From NCBI GenBank assembly GCA_964106915.2, contig OZ066924.1: a DNA stretch of 64,000 bases, one strand, 5' to 3'. Positions 24,966 to 38,139 of this stretch are shown here, in pieces (the first letter of the stretch is position 1; each line of letters begins with the position of its first letter). This DNA comes from Podarcis gaigeae (lineage: Eukaryota). The notes under the pieces are model-generated. The model ran no database searches. It was not told the DNA's origin and saw nothing but the letters and a program-made list of their open reading frames with translations. Position numbers and translations under genes: made by a program.

Positions 24966-25832
24966 GAGAAAATACTTTTCTATACATACAAGATATGGAA
25001 CTCAACAGCGGGGAAAGAGAAAGGATGCTATATAACAGAACATGCTTGTTTAGGCGTGTTAAATGTGTCTCCTTCAATGGCATTGTGTTTAGTTGGGCCG
25101 AGTCATCATTAAATGGATAGTAGAAGGAATAACAAAAAGCATTCATTATAAAGTCTTTACCTTAAAAAGAAAAACTTCAGAATATATTACATGCATGGAC
25201 ATTCAGTCTACAATATGCTGCTGAATTTATTTAATTAGAATTTAAACATGTCTCTCTGATTATTTAATTGTGTGAGGTGAGGGGGGATTCGTGTTTCTTT
25301 TTTGGTAGTTGTGCCAAGCTATCCGTGTGTGTTTCTTCGGTGGTCACCTGCCTCATTCCTAGCAGATGCATGCAATCTGCTCATCTTGAAGATGTTAGAA
25401 CGTGCTGCTGGTGTAGCTGTAGTTAACGCATGAATCTTTTCTTGGGCGGAGGGTAGTAAAACAATTAAATAAGGAAGCTGCTTTATACGAAGCCAAGCCA
25501 TTAGACTATCCAGCTCAGCATTTTCTGCACTTAACAGGAAGAGGGTGTCAGGAGGGTTTTCACCAAGCCTAACTTGAAGACTGAACCTCGAACCTTCTGC
25601 ATGTAGAGCAAATGTTTTACTACTGAGCTATAGCTGCTTCTTTGCTGAAGTGCTATTGCTTAAGGTGTGATGATACCCATAAGCAGTTAAAATGTCTTAC
25701 TTCAGGAGGAGTTGAACAAGGGACCTTCCAGGAGACAGGCTTCAGCCTTGAGTCATTTATTCTCACTTAAGCCCACTTATTTTTAGCATGCAGACATAGG
25801 TCACCATCATCATGCCTATACACTATATCATA

Positions 25833-25952
25833 ACCTATGTCCCTCCAGATGTGGCTAGACTACAACTCCCATCATCCTCGGCCATTGGCTTTGCTTACTG
25901 GGGCTGATGGGAGTTCAGCCACATCTGGAGGCCCAAAGGCTGCCCCCACCTG
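25833..25952. mobile_element. Same short MITE family as 24251
   Basis: CCCTCCAGATGTGGCT...ACTCCCATCA...TGATGGGAGT...AGCCACATCTGGAGGG fold-back structure. Confidence 0.75.
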
Positions 25953-26179
25953 CTGCTATTGCTGTGGGGGGGGGGGAATGTTGTATGATGACTGCTCAGA
26001 GTGGATGAAGGTTTCCTTGCGGGTCTGTGGGCATTTCTGGCATTTTCACATCATCACCATCATGGGTACTACTGTTTCCTGTTTCACTACATTTGATGAA
26101 GAGGAAAATCCCAGAATACCAATAGCAACCTATTCATTGTGACTTGTTTTTTTTTACATTGTGACTGGATGCTTTAGGG

Positions 26180-26431
26180 CATTGGTAGGCAATCTAAGGC
26201 CTGGGGACCAAATCCAGCCCAATCGCCTTCTAAATTCAGCCCTCAGACGGTCCGGGAATCAGCATTTTTTACATGAGTAGAATGTGTCCTTTTATTTAAA
26301 ATTCATCTCTGGGTTATTTGTGGTGTATAGAAATTCATTCATCCCCCCCCCAAAAAAAATATAATCTGGCCCCCCACAAGGTCTGAGGGACAGTGGACCA
26401 GCCTCCTGCTGAAAAAGTTTGCTGATCCCTG
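26180..26431. mobile_element. hAT-family non-autonomous transposon
   Basis: Ends CATTGGTAGGCAA ... TTTGCTGATCCCTG with a perfect 8-bp TSD CTTTAGGG (26172-26179 and 26432-26439). Confidence 0.88.
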
Positions 26432-26770
26432 CTTTAGGGCCCAACTGCTGATGGGGGGGGGTGTGCTTTCCAACTCATGGGGTAGAATCTCTCCCTGCCA
26501 TCCATGCCCCTTCCCAGGCCACCTTCCAACCTCTTTAGGTCTTTTTGCATGGTTGGAATGAAGAGGTATATGTGGGGGTATATGATTTTTGACTGACTGA
26601 CATGTGGCCCCAAGAAGATTGGATAAGTCAGTTTGCAACCCTCCGACGTACAACAATTCCCCACTCTTGCTGTAGATGTTCTGTTGCATAAATGTCCTGT
26701 TACTTACGAGAGGGCGTTATTTGTGGAGATTTTTTTTTTTTGGGGGGGGGGTTACAGCATGAGGAGAATC

Positions 26771-26970
26771 NNNNNNNNNNNNNNNNNNNNNNNNNNNNNN
26801 NNNNNNNNNNNNNNNNNNNNNNNNNNNNNNNNNNNNNNNNNNNNNNNNNNNNNNNNNNNNNNNNNNNNNNNNNNNNNNNNNNNNNNNNNNNNNNNNNNNN
26901 NNNNNNNNNNNNNNNNNNNNNNNNNNNNNNNNNNNNNNNNNNNNNNNNNNNNNNNNNNNNNNNNNNNNNN
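26771..26970. other. Assembly gap (200 N)
   Basis: Run of N. Confidence 1.
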
Positions 26971-27577
26971 TGTGGCCCCAAATTGGGCCCAGATTTGCTG
27001 GAAGTGTCCCTCCTATAAACCTAATGGGAGAGGAGGATCTTTTGGGATCCCTCTTCTTGCTGAGTAATCAGGGTAGACATAGCAGGATTCACATTCCTGA
27101 CATGATGTCTTTCTGTCTGGGGAGAGGAGGGAGACAATGAGTCACTGAGGCTTCCATGCCCAAGAGCCCAAAGCTCTTGGGGGCCCAAAGCTATTGTGGG
27201 CACCGCACACACCACACAACCAAGGCTGCTTGCGACAATAGAATGCTTCTTTCAAGAATAATTTCAACGGGAGAGGGGAACTCAGTGGGCACCAGGAATG
27301 GCCTTTGAGGGCACTTGGGCACAACACAGGTGACCCTTTCATATATACTTACCCTGGGAATAAGTCCCATAGAACACAACAGGCTTGCTTTTGATCCTGG
27401 GTGGGTGGACATGTATAGGATTACGCAGCAAGGATCCTTGTCACCTTGCCTTCTGAATGCAGAGAGCAGGATCAATGGCAAAAACAAACAGGCTTTTAGG
27501 TAGGCTATCAATATCCTTCTGAGACTTGAGAAGACTTGGAATTATGCTTTAAAAAGCATACTTAGGTTTATTTGTAA

Positions 27578-27759
27578 CGTTTATTTCCCGCTTTTTTTCT
27601 TGGTGGCTCAGGACCATGTACATTATTCTTTCCCCCATTTTATCCTTACAGCTACCCTGCAAAATCAGATAAGCTAAGATGGTAACCAGCCCAAGGTGAG
27701 CCTCATGGCTGAGTAGGAATTGGAATTTGGGTCTCCCCTTTTCTACTCCAACCACCGCA
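27578..27759 (-). mobile_element. MIR/L2-associated (Squam3-like) SINE remnant
   Basis: CCCCATTTTATCCTTACAGCTACCCTG...CAGCCCAAGG..AGCCTCATGGCTGAGT..GAATTTG is typical of reverse-oriented core SINEs. Confidence 0.55.
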
Positions 27760-27890
27760 CCAGGGGTAATCAACGTGGTTGGTTTCAGACTGCAGCCCTC
27801 ATCATCCCTGATTGTTATCTATACTGATAGCAGCTGATGAAACTTGCAGATCAGACATCTAGAGGGCATCCTGGTAACTATTAGCCCTGC
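27760..27890. mobile_element. Degenerate copy of the same short MITE family
   Basis: CAGGGGTAATC ... CATCATCCCTGA ... GACATCTAGAGGG ... ATTAGCCCTG. Confidence 0.55.
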
Positions 27891-27918
27891 ACAACACCAT
27901 GCTGTCTCATCTTGAATA

Positions 27919-28066
27919 CAGGCAATGACCAATTTGCACGGGGGTTACAGTCCTGTTATGCCCCGTTGTGCCTCCGCTCCGCCCCCTGTTCTGCTCCCTT
28001 TTCCAGCCACTTCCCGGTCGACATGATCCACACATGCACAGTCACACATCAGCTGGTCATTGCCTA
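27919..28066. mobile_element. TA-flanked MITE (family B)
   Basis: TA|CAGGCAATGACCA ... TGGTCATTGCCTA|TA terminal inverted repeat. Confidence 0.65.
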
Positions 28067-28447
28067 TATATTGACAATATCCTAAAATGTTTTATATCTT
28101 ATCCCCAGCACAGATTAATAAGCATGTGTGAGAAGAAAAGTAGCTGACTTTCTTTTAAGATGCTGGAATTTTATTCACCTACCTGAACTTCACAGTGTTA
28201 TATTTAAGAACATGGCAGTGCTCAGTGGTGGGGTGGGAATAAAGACAGCTTTTGACTTATGATGTCTAGCACTTTACAGTATATGACCAAGCTGAGTCTG
28301 ACCTTGTTGGCATCACATGAGTAATCTTTGCATAGGGACGAACAGTTCTTTGAACAGTTTCTAATGCCTATTGTACAAAAGGTTTTCCCTTCAGTCTAGT
28401 GCATATCTTTTTCTTCATTTTTTTGTACAAATGTAAAGAGATGACTA

Positions 28448-28618
28448 CAGCGGTACCTCTGGTTACATGCTTAATTTGTTCCAGAGGTCCATTCTTAACC
28501 TGAAACTGTTCTTAACCTGAAGTACCACTTTACCTAATGGAGCCTCCTGCTGCCACAGCACTGCCAGCGTGCGATTTCTGTTTGTAACCCAAGGTATTTG
28601 TAATCCAAGATACTACTG
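28448..28618. mobile_element. Tc1/pogo-type MITE (family A, copy 2; opposite orientation, internally deleted)
   Basis: TA|CAGCGGTACCT ... AGATACTACTG|TA. The interior TTCTTAACCTGAAACTGTTCTTAACCTGA is the reverse complement of the 24367 copy. Confidence 0.8.
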
Positions 28619-29194
28619 TACTGGCAAAATCATGCTTTCTACTTCCCTTGTAGTTTCTTTTCTCATGCATGGTGTCTTGAACTTCCATAGAGCTCAGATG
28701 TGGGGAATAGAGACATATAAATATTTTGAGTTTACATATCATCAATTTAATACATGGGGAAGGGATGCAGCTTGGAGGGAGAGCACAAGTTTGTATGCAC
28801 TGCTCATGATAACAATTCCAAAGCAATATTGTTTATTTAGGATAATAATTCATAATCATTAATCTGGGACCCTGATGCTGTGAAGATTTTTAGATTACCG
28901 TAATATACTGTAGCTTAATCAAAGAGTGTCACAAGTTTACAAAAGTGAGCATTTTATATATTGTATAGATGTTATTGACCCCCATCTTTCTCGGGAAACA
29001 ATGGAGGAGTGTACCTTTAAGGGGTCACAGATTGCAGTGTCTGCTGTAGAGACCAATATGGGAGAGGCATGTTTTGTTGCAGCCGGGGCAAATAAAGGCA
29101 TTTGGTTATGCTGCTGCAGATGCACCATGGGGTTTCTTCTATTTCAGTTAGAATTTTATTTGATCCTGCATGTGCAAAGGAGATAGCAATTAGG

Positions 29195-29580
29195 CATGGA
29201 AGGGTCTGGCAGTTTTGGTTCTCTCGTTTCTCACTCCCCACCCCACCCCCCCCAAAACACTTCAATACAGTTCTCCACATTTTGCAGCAGTTAATGCTTT
29301 AAGAAACACACACCCATGAACATTATGAACATTTTGAAGTCAATTTCTCCCAATAAACACATTTTTATATACAGTTTTGATTAATGTACACATTTTTGCA
29401 AACACTTTCCCCTAATGCAATGCATTTTTGTATTTCTTTTTCAGTAATATCTTTATCTGTGTGCTCCATTTTCCCTACTATATTCATTCTTGTAAATATT
29501 GTTTGGAAGACTGCATAATTTGGATATGTATGAATTTTGAAGACTAGCTGTCTTTCCGAAAGCTCAGATACAAACTGAAT
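29195..29580 (+). repeat. Dispersed AT-rich repeat; related copies at ~3590-3740 (+) and ~54255-54610 (-)
   Basis: Shared TACA(C/T)ATTTTTGCAAA...TTTCC(C/T)..AAT...TTT(T)CA(C/G)TAATAT motifs. Confidence 0.55.
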
Positions 29581-30304
29581 TGAATCTCTTCTCTATCTGT
29601 AGTAGCAGTAGTGTATATTTTATGTGCATCGTGCTCCTTTGTGGTCAAATGCTTGGCAGTGAACCCATTCATGTGACTGCACACAGTTTTGGGCCAGGGA
29701 GACACCACAGTACACGTGCATGAATGCAAAAGTCAGAACAGAGCCTTAATGCTATAATCCAATCAAGGGGATCTGCTGCTATCATAATCTCAGACTGAGT
29801 GGTTCATAATCAGCAGCTGAGACTGGGAATGAATTGCAGCCCTTAGCAACATATTTACTCAAGGGTTACGCTTAAGAAGATATTCAAAACATATGTTAGG
29901 TTTATTGGTGAGGACAATGTCAGGATGTGTTTTCTCCTTTTGCTTGTAGATCATTGGCTGAGTGAAGTGAGGCCATCAGTTTAACGCAGCGGTGTATCAT
30001 TCTGTTTAAATCTGTTTGCCAGTCTGTAATGCGGTAACACCATTGAATATTGACATATCAGAATGAAATTTAGTATACACCTTAAGGGCAACTGCTATTT
30101 GCTTCAGCTTGGAATACCAGCTGGATCCTTGCACCCATTTTCAGAGGATGCGGGGATAACATGCAAGCTGTAACGCACTGTGATATGTGCCTTAGAGACA
30201 AAGATATCATAATGAAACGTGGTACATACATTTAGGGCAACTTACTGCATTTCAAATATGAACCTTTCCCACCTCTACGATAGAATTTTTAAGGTGATTT
30301 AACC

Positions 30305-30722
30305 AGAACCGTACCCCGTATTCAAAGTATGGTATCACCATAGATTTGTGGAATGGCATTATTATATTGGCCATTTTATTTTCAGTGCCTTTCTGAATGA
30401 TTGCTAGAATTCACCTTTTTCACAACTGCTGCACACTGGGTCAGCATCTTAAATCAATCTATCCACTGCAACCCCAGCTTCTCTTGACTTGGTATGTATG
30501 TGAAATTAGGATACTTTTGCATCATTTTACACTTGTTTACACTGAATTTATTTGCCATCTTTGCTGCCCATCCACTCAGTTTCAAGCAATTGTTTTGGAG
30601 TTCCTCACAATTCCTTTTTTTTTTTTTAACCACCCTGAACACTCTGGTATCCCGCACTGCTCACCACTAACTGTGGATCATTTATGAACAATTTAAAAAT
30701 CAAAGGTCCCAATTCCTTGGGG
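30305..30722 (-). mobile_element. Old CR1 ORF2 (RT region) fragment
   Basis: Minus translation CEELQ..LKLSGWAAK..FSVNKCKMM resembles the CR1 motif LQ.DL..L..WA..W.M.FN..KCKVM. Frameshifted and deleted. Confidence 0.75.
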
Positions 30723-33700
30723 AAAAGGAAACTGAAATGACAGATTTGCAATATTACATATTGATAACATGTTTCGTTCTATGAGCATGCATCTGTGAAG
30801 GATACAGCTTCCTTCATTTAGGTTACATAGTATTGGGAGCTAGAACTTGCTTTGTAATACTGTAACAAACATAATATACATAGGGTGGAAGTGAATGTTG
30901 CACTAATGCAACATCACTGCAAGTGTTTCTACTTGCCAGATAGAACCATCTCTGCCCTCCTTCCCCCATGCACTGTTCTGGGGATACTCCTGAGCCTCCA
31001 GAGCAGATATGGGTGAAACTCCAGGGGTGTGCAGTGAGAGGAGAGTGGGGAGAACCCTTGTTGTGCTAGGCATGAGGTCTTTTGCCAGCTTCTGCTAGTT
31101 CTTCAAAGCAATCACTTGGAGCCTTAGAAGCGGCTTTATTCCAGAGCACACTGCTATTACTTTTACTAGTAAACATTGATGTAATGCTAGCAAATTTTGT
31201 TTAATTTCAGTTTGGATCAAGCTTTTGGAGTGAATGGCATTCCAACTACAGGAGTGCTCGTTGGATTCACTCCTTTGTTGCCAGATTCCATTTTGGACAG
31301 GTGACTCACCCCTTTACATCCACCAAGCTTGGGGCAAGTTCTGCTGCTGCAGTTCGGGAGCTGTTCCATCCCGTGGAGCTGCAGCCAATAACATACATTA
31401 ATAATAAGCATAATTTCGGGTGTATAGGCTTTTGTCCAAATGGAGTCTGGCAATCTTACTTGAGCTGTGAAAATTGAAGATAAACTTTCAATACTTATTT
31501 CAGTCTTTTCCTTGGAATATCAAGGCTAAACTTTATAAATACTACATATTTAATCCCGGGAAATTTTCATTTGGTTGTACCTGGCAGAGAATATCGCTGG
31601 GTGACTAATGCCATTTCTGCTTGTGGGGTTGAGGGAAGGCATTGGGTTTTAGTGTGAAAAGCACTACACAGTGGCTTGAACAGCGAACACATTGCATGCT
31701 AGCAATACATTGTGTTTATCCATCTGTGTTAAAACACCTTGGCAGTTCCAGGGCTCTGAAAGCAACAGTGTGGTTTGGGTCTGATACCGTGTAGTATCGG
31801 AGAGTGTTTTAAGATGAAGTTGTTTCAATTAGAAGCTTATAAGATCAGATGAGTGAAAAAAAAATCTTAGCATTGGCAGCAAGCATTAAAGTTCAAGTCG
31901 GTGTCAGCAATTGGCGACAGTTGGTTGCATCTCAGCCTTGGAGGGGGATTTGCCCTTGAAAGGGTTGTAAACAGCACTAGGCACATGTTTGCGATCAGGT
32001 CTCCTCTTTATCTGAACTGCATTTTATTTTTGTCTTGCTAGACACCATAGAAAGGATGTTTTCTCCTCCTCTTTCACATGACAATGTTTTATTTAGGGTT
32101 TTACAGTGCTATACCACACATCTGCGTCTGATTTATGGATGAAGAAAAAAGGAAAACAGATTCCCCCCCCCCCCAAGCCACATCTACACCTCCTTTTCTC
32201 TTTGCATCAGATTAATGAGCAAAGTATTCATACGTTCATACGACATACTGGAAGTTGGGACTTTCATGAGCTACCAATAATGTCTGCATAGCTGTCTTCT
32301 AGTTTGGCCATGATTACTTCTTATAATGTGGGCAAGAATGTTTAAAATTCAAGGGACAGACTAGTCTGGAAAATCATACTGCTTTTCTTTCAGACTTTGC
32401 AGGTCAAGATAGATACCTTTGCATTCGAAATAGCTACAACACTGCAATATAATGCAGCCATATTTCTTTCTCTGTGTCACATACATATACTTGGATAATT
32501 TTCCCCACTTTCAGTAGTCCGGTAGACAAATGTATATCAACCTTCAACAGACATATCAAAGATCTATGCATTTTTGTTACTTTGTGGCTCAGTCAGTTGG
32601 CTTTATAAGGTTCCTGCCAGGAATAACAATTCAGTATATAGGTTTCTGAAATGTAGCTGTCACTGAGATAACAGGCTTAATATTCAGCCACAATTATTCT
32701 TAAATAATAGTACTTGACATTGGTATGGTACTTCAAAATGCTTCACGTAAATAGTAATCCTTCCAACAACACTGTAATGTTATTTAATTAAGTATTGTTA
32801 ACCTCCATGCGGAGTCTGAGAGAATGGCAGAGGCAAGTTTTGGACCAGGGACCTCTTGAGTCATAGCTCAGTCTCTTAGAACATTAAGAGGACCTTGACA
32901 ATATGTGATAGGGTTGTTTGCTGTAATGCCTGTAAAAATGCAGCTTAGTGTTTCTTCATTCTCTTGCCTTGTAACGTTAACAAAAAGTTTAGTACTTTTT
33001 GTCCTGTGAATTGTGTTGAAACCAGCGAACTTACGCTTCCTCTTAATCTGTTTATGTCTTGCTTTGATGTATGTGTTCCTCCTTGCTATGTAGCCGTTGG
33101 CCTCTTTAAGAATGTAACCATAATTTGTGATTTCAGAACAGAAAGTAAAACTTACTGTACCAAATACCTTTGAAGGAAAAGCTTCTTCTGTAGTAAACAC
33201 AACAGGCTATATCCAGTGGTGTTATTTTCGGACGGCTCTTTGATCTAGTGGAGGCTTCCATGAATGGAAGGGGGAAAGAATTTTTTTGCTGATTCCCCCT
33301 TCCCCCAGGGGACTCTGGGCTCCCTCGGAATATCACTGGAGGTGTTGTGGGTGGGGGGCTCTAGGAGAAAGGGAAAACTTATCCAAAATTGCTCCCCTCT
33401 CTGTCCATTCACAGTTAGATGAAACCTGTCATAGAGATCGTAGACAAATCACAGTTCATGCATCTGTACACACATTATCAGAATATAATGTGTTTGCATA
33501 AACTATGATTTGACTACACATTGAATTAGTCAGTTAGAGCACATGGAGTAATCCTATGATGTCAGGTGTTTAAAAGGTTGTCTGAATTTGCCTTGGTTTG
33601 TGCAAAACATCGACAAGGTAAAGTGCAGGGTGATTATGTTTTATTGTGGTGGAAAATGAGCTGAGGAAACCCAGCCATGCAAACTCATTTGCAACTTCCA

Positions 33701-34523
33701 CCAGCAATTCTGCAAGTGCCATCAGGAACATCATTTTCTAAAAAGTAGTAATTATTTTCCACGAAATCATTCAAAATAGGAATATATGAACGATTGCTTC
33801 CTGTGAGTGTCAGAGTGTACTACAGAGTGTAGTCTATGGTAAATAATTTCTTCATTCTGCACTTTGTGTTAATTGATCTATATTTCTATGGTTTAATAAG
33901 CATACACAGGCTTTTCTGCTACTCCCCAAGCAAGAATGTGTTATGAACTGAAACTGGCTTCTGTTTCTTATGAATCTTGTCATTACAGAATAAGAACTGA
34001 ACATAGACCCAGAGTATGGCATCGCCTGCTATGCAAACATGAACACACCACAGTTACTGGCATGAATAATTAACATTTTAAAGAGGCATTTGCACAACCA
34101 ATTACACCAGTGTAAGTTCCACTAAAGTCAATGGGATTATAACAGTGTAAGCTGTCATTGAATCCCTCCCACCCCCAGTAACTGCTCTGCCCTGGACCTG
34201 ATTGGATCATGTCATGAGCTCATGTGGATTCAGGGAGGCAGAAAGTGTCTCTTTCTCGTTAACCTGGTTTGGCCATATGTCACACAGTTTAAGTAGTATG
34301 TGAGGCCTTTTAATTAAGGCTGACAGGTCTTTAAATGGACAAATCTATAGACCGGACTTCGCCAAACTAATCTTCCCTCCCACGTTCTTCTCTTGAATTC
34401 TGCATATCTATGTTCTGTGCCAAATAAATCCCTCCACTTTTCTCTTTCTCTTCATCATTTGTTGATTTTTGTGAGTATCCTTTATATCATTCCTCCAGTG
34501 GTGTGCACACTGCAGCCTTCATA

Positions 34524-34670
34524 TCGGATAGCTCAGTGAGTAGAGCATGAGGCTCTTCATCTCATGGTGGTGGGTTTAAGCCCTATGTTGGACAAAAGAT
34601 ACCTGCGTTTCTGGGGGTTGGACTAGATGACCCTTGTGGTCCCTTCCAGCTCTACAATTCTATGATTCTA
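34524..34670 (+). mobile_element. tRNA-Lys-derived SINE with CR1-type 3' tail
   Basis: Head GGATAGCTCAGTGAGTAGAGCATGAGGCTCTTCATCTC...GGGTTTAAGCCCTATGTTGG is a degenerate tRNA-Lys(CTT). Tail GGGGTTGGACTAGATGACC...TTCCAGCTCTACAATTCTATGATTCTA is like the CR1 3' ends in this window. Confidence 0.85.
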
Positions 34671-35607
34671 AGAATCCTTGCTGTTTCCTGCAAACCCCAT
34701 GATATCTGCGACTAACTGTGCAATCTGTCTTTGTTCAATGAATCTTACTCCCATGTAAGTGTGCATAGGATTTCAGTGTTAATCACATGGGCACCCCAAC
34801 TCACTTTCTCCCATTTCCACGTCTTTTTATTACCGAGAAGGTTACTGACTTTGGTAGAAGTGTTCATGGCACAGCGTGGGCACAAGTATTTGCAGGAACA
34901 AGGGTGTGGCTGAACTGGAACTGATATGTGACTGATGAAATAGGAAGGGATAACAGTATGATATGATCTTCAAGGGAATGAATTTCATACATGCCCATCC
35001 GATATAAATAGAAGTGATATACAGTTCAAGTACTTGAGCAGAAGAAAACACCTCTTCCATAATGGGCACTCTTTTATGTATTTACTTATCAACTTGCTTG
35101 ATTAAAATTGGACCTTGCCCTCCTCCTCATGGCACACATGGAGTTAGTTCCCTTGGTGGACACAGATGTCATCTGCAAGTTTTTGCAATAAAAACTTTTG
35201 CAATTGGTAAATAAAATTAGATTCTGCTGTTCGGCTTCAACAAGAGGAGTTTGGGTTTTTACTGATAAATATTCATACTTAGAAGTTTGAAAACCTTTGG
35301 ATTTGTTCCAAAAATGGAGAGAATGAAGAAAGGAGAAGACATGCATTCAGAGCCATGCAGATGCACAGGCAGAATGGCAAAACAGAATGGCACATTTTAA
35401 AAAGATGCAAAGGGCATAATGTTAATGTTCCACAATATTTGGGGTGAAATAGCCCTATCCTTACAACAGTTTGTATATACAATGAACTTAGAGCCATTAT
35501 TAATGCATATAATGTAGGTAGATGAATGGGTTGCATCTATATTGAGGTGTTGTCTGCTCATGCAAGGACTGTTACACCTCACACTTGGGAGTTGAATGAG
35601 GAAAGGG

Positions 35608-35608
35608 A

Positions 35609-35651
<43 letters not shown>

Positions 35652-35790
35652 TCTTATTTATATCCTGCCCTCCCCAGCCGAAGCCGGGCTCAGAGCGGCT
35701 AACAACAACAAAAGTATCACAACATTCTAAAATCAATTCATTTTAAAATCAATTCAAAATCAAATTCATGGCAACCATTGGGCTTGTTTG
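35608..35790 (-). mobile_element. L2-type LINE 3' end with microsatellite tail
   Basis: (AAT)n followed by TTTATATCCTGCCCTCCCCAGCCGAAGCCGGGCTCAGAGCGGCTAACAAC. Confidence 0.6.
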
Positions 35791-36434
35791 AATCCCCCCC
35801 CCCCTTGCTTGTGTGAACTCTTTTCCTAGTGGCTATTTTTGTTCTGCTCGTCATTCTTTGGATCTGTGGATTTGTTGTGCATGCTAATGGTTTGTAACAT
35901 TCCCTTCTGTCCACCCACCTGACTTGGGCAAAATCTATCCAAAGTTTAATTCTTTGGAAGATGCATCTTGGAATCCAATGAATTTAATTGGTATTTTGTA
36001 AATAGTGTTTATTTATTCACTAAACTTTTGCATAATAATAATAATAATAATAATAAGCTCCCATCACTATTAGGCCTACGGAATGCCAGGATTGCCTCAT
36101 GGCCCTTAGGCCTTGCAACAGTTCTCAACAGAGCTGTAAATGACCACTTCTAACAGTTCATGATCGGAACTGTAAACTCATGGCACTCTGTTCCTAGCTA
36201 GGAGCTACTGTGACTGCCCTACTCATTCACAAGCACTATCAGTGCTTGATGGGTCATGTCAACACAGTTTGGAGCATTGTGAATCATGTCATATATTTAA
36301 CTATGATTGGATTCCCAGCCCACATCTGCCATAAGTACGCTTTCTTAGTCTTAAATCCAGTAAGTTTTCAGTAGAATTTGCATTCAGGTGGCAAAATTCA
36401 CTATTTTAAACCAGAAACAAAACATTAGCTCATT

Positions 36435-36562
36435 CTTCCCTAATCTGGTGCTCTCCAGATGTTTTGGACTATAGTACCCATAATCCCTGACTGTTGGCCA
36501 TACTGGTTGGGCATGATGAGAGTTGCAATTGGAAACATCTGGAGGACACCAGGTTGGTGACG
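36435..36562. mobile_element. Same short MITE family as 24251
   Basis: CTGGTGCTCTCCAGATGTTT ... AAACATCTGGAGGACACCAG inverted repeat. Confidence 0.72.
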
Positions 36563-38139
36563 GTCACATTAGCATCATCTCACAGTAGTATAGGAATCTG
36601 GACTCCTGAGCTTTAGGGTGCACAGTTTAGCTGGATATTGGATTGCAGTCCTGAAGCACATGTGTTTGTATTTGTGTAAAAATGAGAACTGACTGTGCTT
36701 CCACTTGACATGCCAAAATGTATCACTGAAGGCTCCCCTAACTCAGGGGATGGTCTGTATTTTCAGATGCCCTTAATACAAAATAGCAGCTGTGGTGTTA
36801 GCAAGTCTTGCTACTGTTCTAACTACCAGTGGTAACTCCAAAAAGAAAGACTACAATTTCTCTTCTGTTTTTAAACCCTAGTATCCATTATCAGTTGAAA
36901 TACTAAAAGACTAATGTTTATTTCTTAAAATACAGAATATTGGATTTGTCTTGGCTCTTCTATCATATATTAGCAGTTCTGGAGCGTCCCCCTCCCTGGC
37001 ATATGTTAATTGGTTGTTTTCTTTGACAAATTATGGGCTCTTTCTTTGATGAAGCTCAGTTGCAATCATGATGGAGTCAAGGATGTAAAGTTTCCAGTCT
37101 CTGCTTGCATCTTGAACCACTACAAACATCTGCATGTTACTGCAGTGCTGAGTAATGGTGAGATTTGTGTTGGTCTGATTTCCCTAGAGATTCCTCCCCC
37201 TCCCCCCCTGGATATTTTCTGCTCTGTGTACTAAATCTGTTACAGGGTTTGTCCTTCATAGCAGAAGTATGCCCTAAAATTACCATCTTTTCCTATTACT
37301 AGAACACAGTCAGAAAAAGTATACAAAAATAATGCATTTGTATCAGGCCTGACAACTATGACCCACGAAGTCAGAGTCAGTTCACTGACTACTGCATGGG
37401 GCTTCAGAAGTTGTCTGATTTTTCTGCATGCCTTGGAGGAATACCTCACAACTGGACCACCCCCCCCCATATTGAAATCAATGGTATTTACTTGTGAGAA
37501 AATATGCTTCATACTGCACTGTTAGACTCCCTTTTAGTCTACTGATGTACTGTTAAATAAGAGACACACACCATCAAGAACTTAAGCAGAATCTAGAATG
37601 CAACTTGGAAGTCCCTTCTCTATTAGATTCTCCTTGCAACTAGGAACTAATTTAATTGGTTGTTTTAATGATTTCCCAGGTGAAGCCACCCTGTGCTCCA
37701 GTTCAGAGGGGGAGGCAGGGTACAAATCCATCCAATTAATAAATAATACTGTGGAGAACCTGAACTTTATGATGACTCCATATCTCCCTTTCTTCATAAA
37801 GAAAAATCTAAAATTACAGCAGAGTAAATTTGATACTAAAGTCTTCAGATGAATTCTGTGATACTGTAAAGTTGACTTCATGAAATATAAATTGCCTTTG
37901 GATTCTCCTGGCTGTTCTCCCTTCTTTTGCTTCCTCCAGAGAGAACAAGCAAACTCCTCTCTTACACGATCACTTGACAGACACAGGCTTTCTTTTGGTT
38001 GTGTCTGAGGCATGTGTTTTCAAAATAAGGAATTGACTAACATTTCAGAATTCAGTTAGTGTCCGTGGAAAGCATGCCTCCTTCATCTCACCCCTCCTTT
38101 ATCTGAGGTGCATTTGGCATCTTGCATCTTGTCCTCACA

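Noticed and set aside
26633-27067. ORFs spanning N runs (also 58193-58573)
   Set aside because: Artefacts of assembly gaps.
34524-34595. tRNA-Lys gene
   Set aside because: The T-loop/B-box and anticodon arm are mutated and it is fused to a CR1 tail, so it is a SINE head.
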